From assembly GCF_018350175.1 (NCBI RefSeq), contig NC_058368.1:90088001-90152000 (forward strand): a stretch of 64,000 nucleotides of DNA, given 5' to 3'. The DNA is from Felis catus (taxonomy: Eukaryota). Below are positions 63,252 through 64,000 of this stretch, piece by piece. The first letter of the stretch is position 1, and each line of letters starts with the position of its first letter. The position numbers were made by a program, and so were the translations under genes. The notes below the pieces were generated by a model. It worked only from the letters and a program-made list of their open reading frames with translations. It did not search any database and had not been told where the DNA came from.

Positions 63252-63852
63252 GCAGCGTGCACCCAGCCAGCTCCCCTCGGGTCGCCAGAGCTGTCAGCAG
63301 TGGGTGTCCCTTCCCTAGGGGCCAGGAGTTGGCATGTGCAGAGCAGGGAGGGAGAAATGAGACATCCAGGCAGTGATACGCAGAGACCCCCGCCCTACTC
63401 AGGCCGGGCTCCAAAGTCTGTTCCTTCAGGCATCAAGAAAGGCATAAAATGACAAATCATGAAATATATATTTTAAAAAGTAGGCTGCAGAATTTCACAA
63501 CAGGTGACTCACTTTCCATACATATCTCATGGTGGGCTCCGCATGCACCTGAAGTCCTGGCACACTTGAACCAGGTGGTCTGCAGATCCCTGGATGGTGG
63601 AGGGTCGAGGGGGAACCGCCACCAGCCTCTCCCAGTGGAGAGTGGAAGAAATGTTCAAAGGGCATGAGGACCATGCATCTTTCATTCAGCCCCAACACGG
63701 GGAAGCGGTGGGGGGGGGGGGGGGGCGTATACAGTAGGCGCTCAGTCAGCACTGGAGTCTGATGGGGCCTGGGGAGAAAGAGTCTGGTGCTAGGGTAAAG
63801 GGGCCTGTGCTTCCTGCCGACTGAGGGCTGACCTGCACTCTCTCTCTTCCAG

Positions 63853-63948
63853 ATCGTCATTCCCTTCTTCAGCCTGCTCATCAAAGACATCTACTTCCTG
63901 AACGAGGGCTGTGCCAACCGCCTCCCCAATGGACATGTCAACTTTGAG
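63853..63948 (+). CDS. RASGEF1C: RASGEF1C coding exon 10 (CDS continues beyond the window)
   Basis: tcttccag|ATC; IVIPFFSLLIKDIYFLNEGCANRLPNGHVNFE; GAG|gtagag; 96 nt. Confidence 0.95.
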
Positions 63949-64000
63949 GTAGAGTCCAGGGGCCCCCGACAATCAAAGCCCCCAGGGCAGGGGCACCGGA

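Larger units (their letters stand above)
35634..63948 (+). other. RASGEF1C: RASGEF1C gene body (partial: first coding exon through 10th coding exon; non-coding exon 1 and 3' exons lie outside the window)
   Basis: Ten exons with GT-AG boundaries join into 1179 nt / 393 aa (MPRTLSASDMVTPGS...NRLPNGHVNFE), matching recalled RASGEF1C. The CDC25 motifs FNIGNFNSLMAIISG and IVIPFFSLLIKDIYF are present. Confidence 0.96.

Noticed and set aside
1..64000. CRISPR array, operon or other novel multi-gene system
   Set aside because: This is a eukaryotic intron-rich locus. The recurring ~200-bp repeats are dispersed SINEs with TSDs, not repeat-spacer arrays.

Overview
Mammalian genomic DNA, almost certainly from a felid: it carries dozens of carnivore tRNA-derived Can-SINEs, including the young feline SINEC_Fc-type form, and a felid-type L1 3' end. 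The only gene I can support is RASGEF1C on the + strand. Ten consecutive coding exons (35640-63948) have canonical GT-AG sites and splice into an uninterrupted 393-codon frame covering the REM/RasGEF_N region and most of the CDC25 GEF domain. The last exons lie beyond the window. The first ~35.6 kb is most likely the long first intron, since no exon 1 or promoter CpG island is visible. The remainder is interspersed repeats (about 50 Can-SINEs, old L1/HAL1, L2, MIR, MLT1 LTRs, Charlie1a, MER33, MER44, MER82, MER94) and microsatellites. Nearly all ORFs in the six-frame track are spurious. I see no new multi-gene system. The most unusual signals are small retroposition events (a tailless U6 5' fragment with a target-site duplication (TSD), a 65-bp L1 insertion with an apparent 3' transduction, repeated same-site SINE insertions) and splicing properties of RASGEF1C (a stop-free in-frame intron, and phase-0 exons that would give stop-free circular ORFs). 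Repeat family names come from my recall of consensus sequences, and repeat boundaries are approximate.
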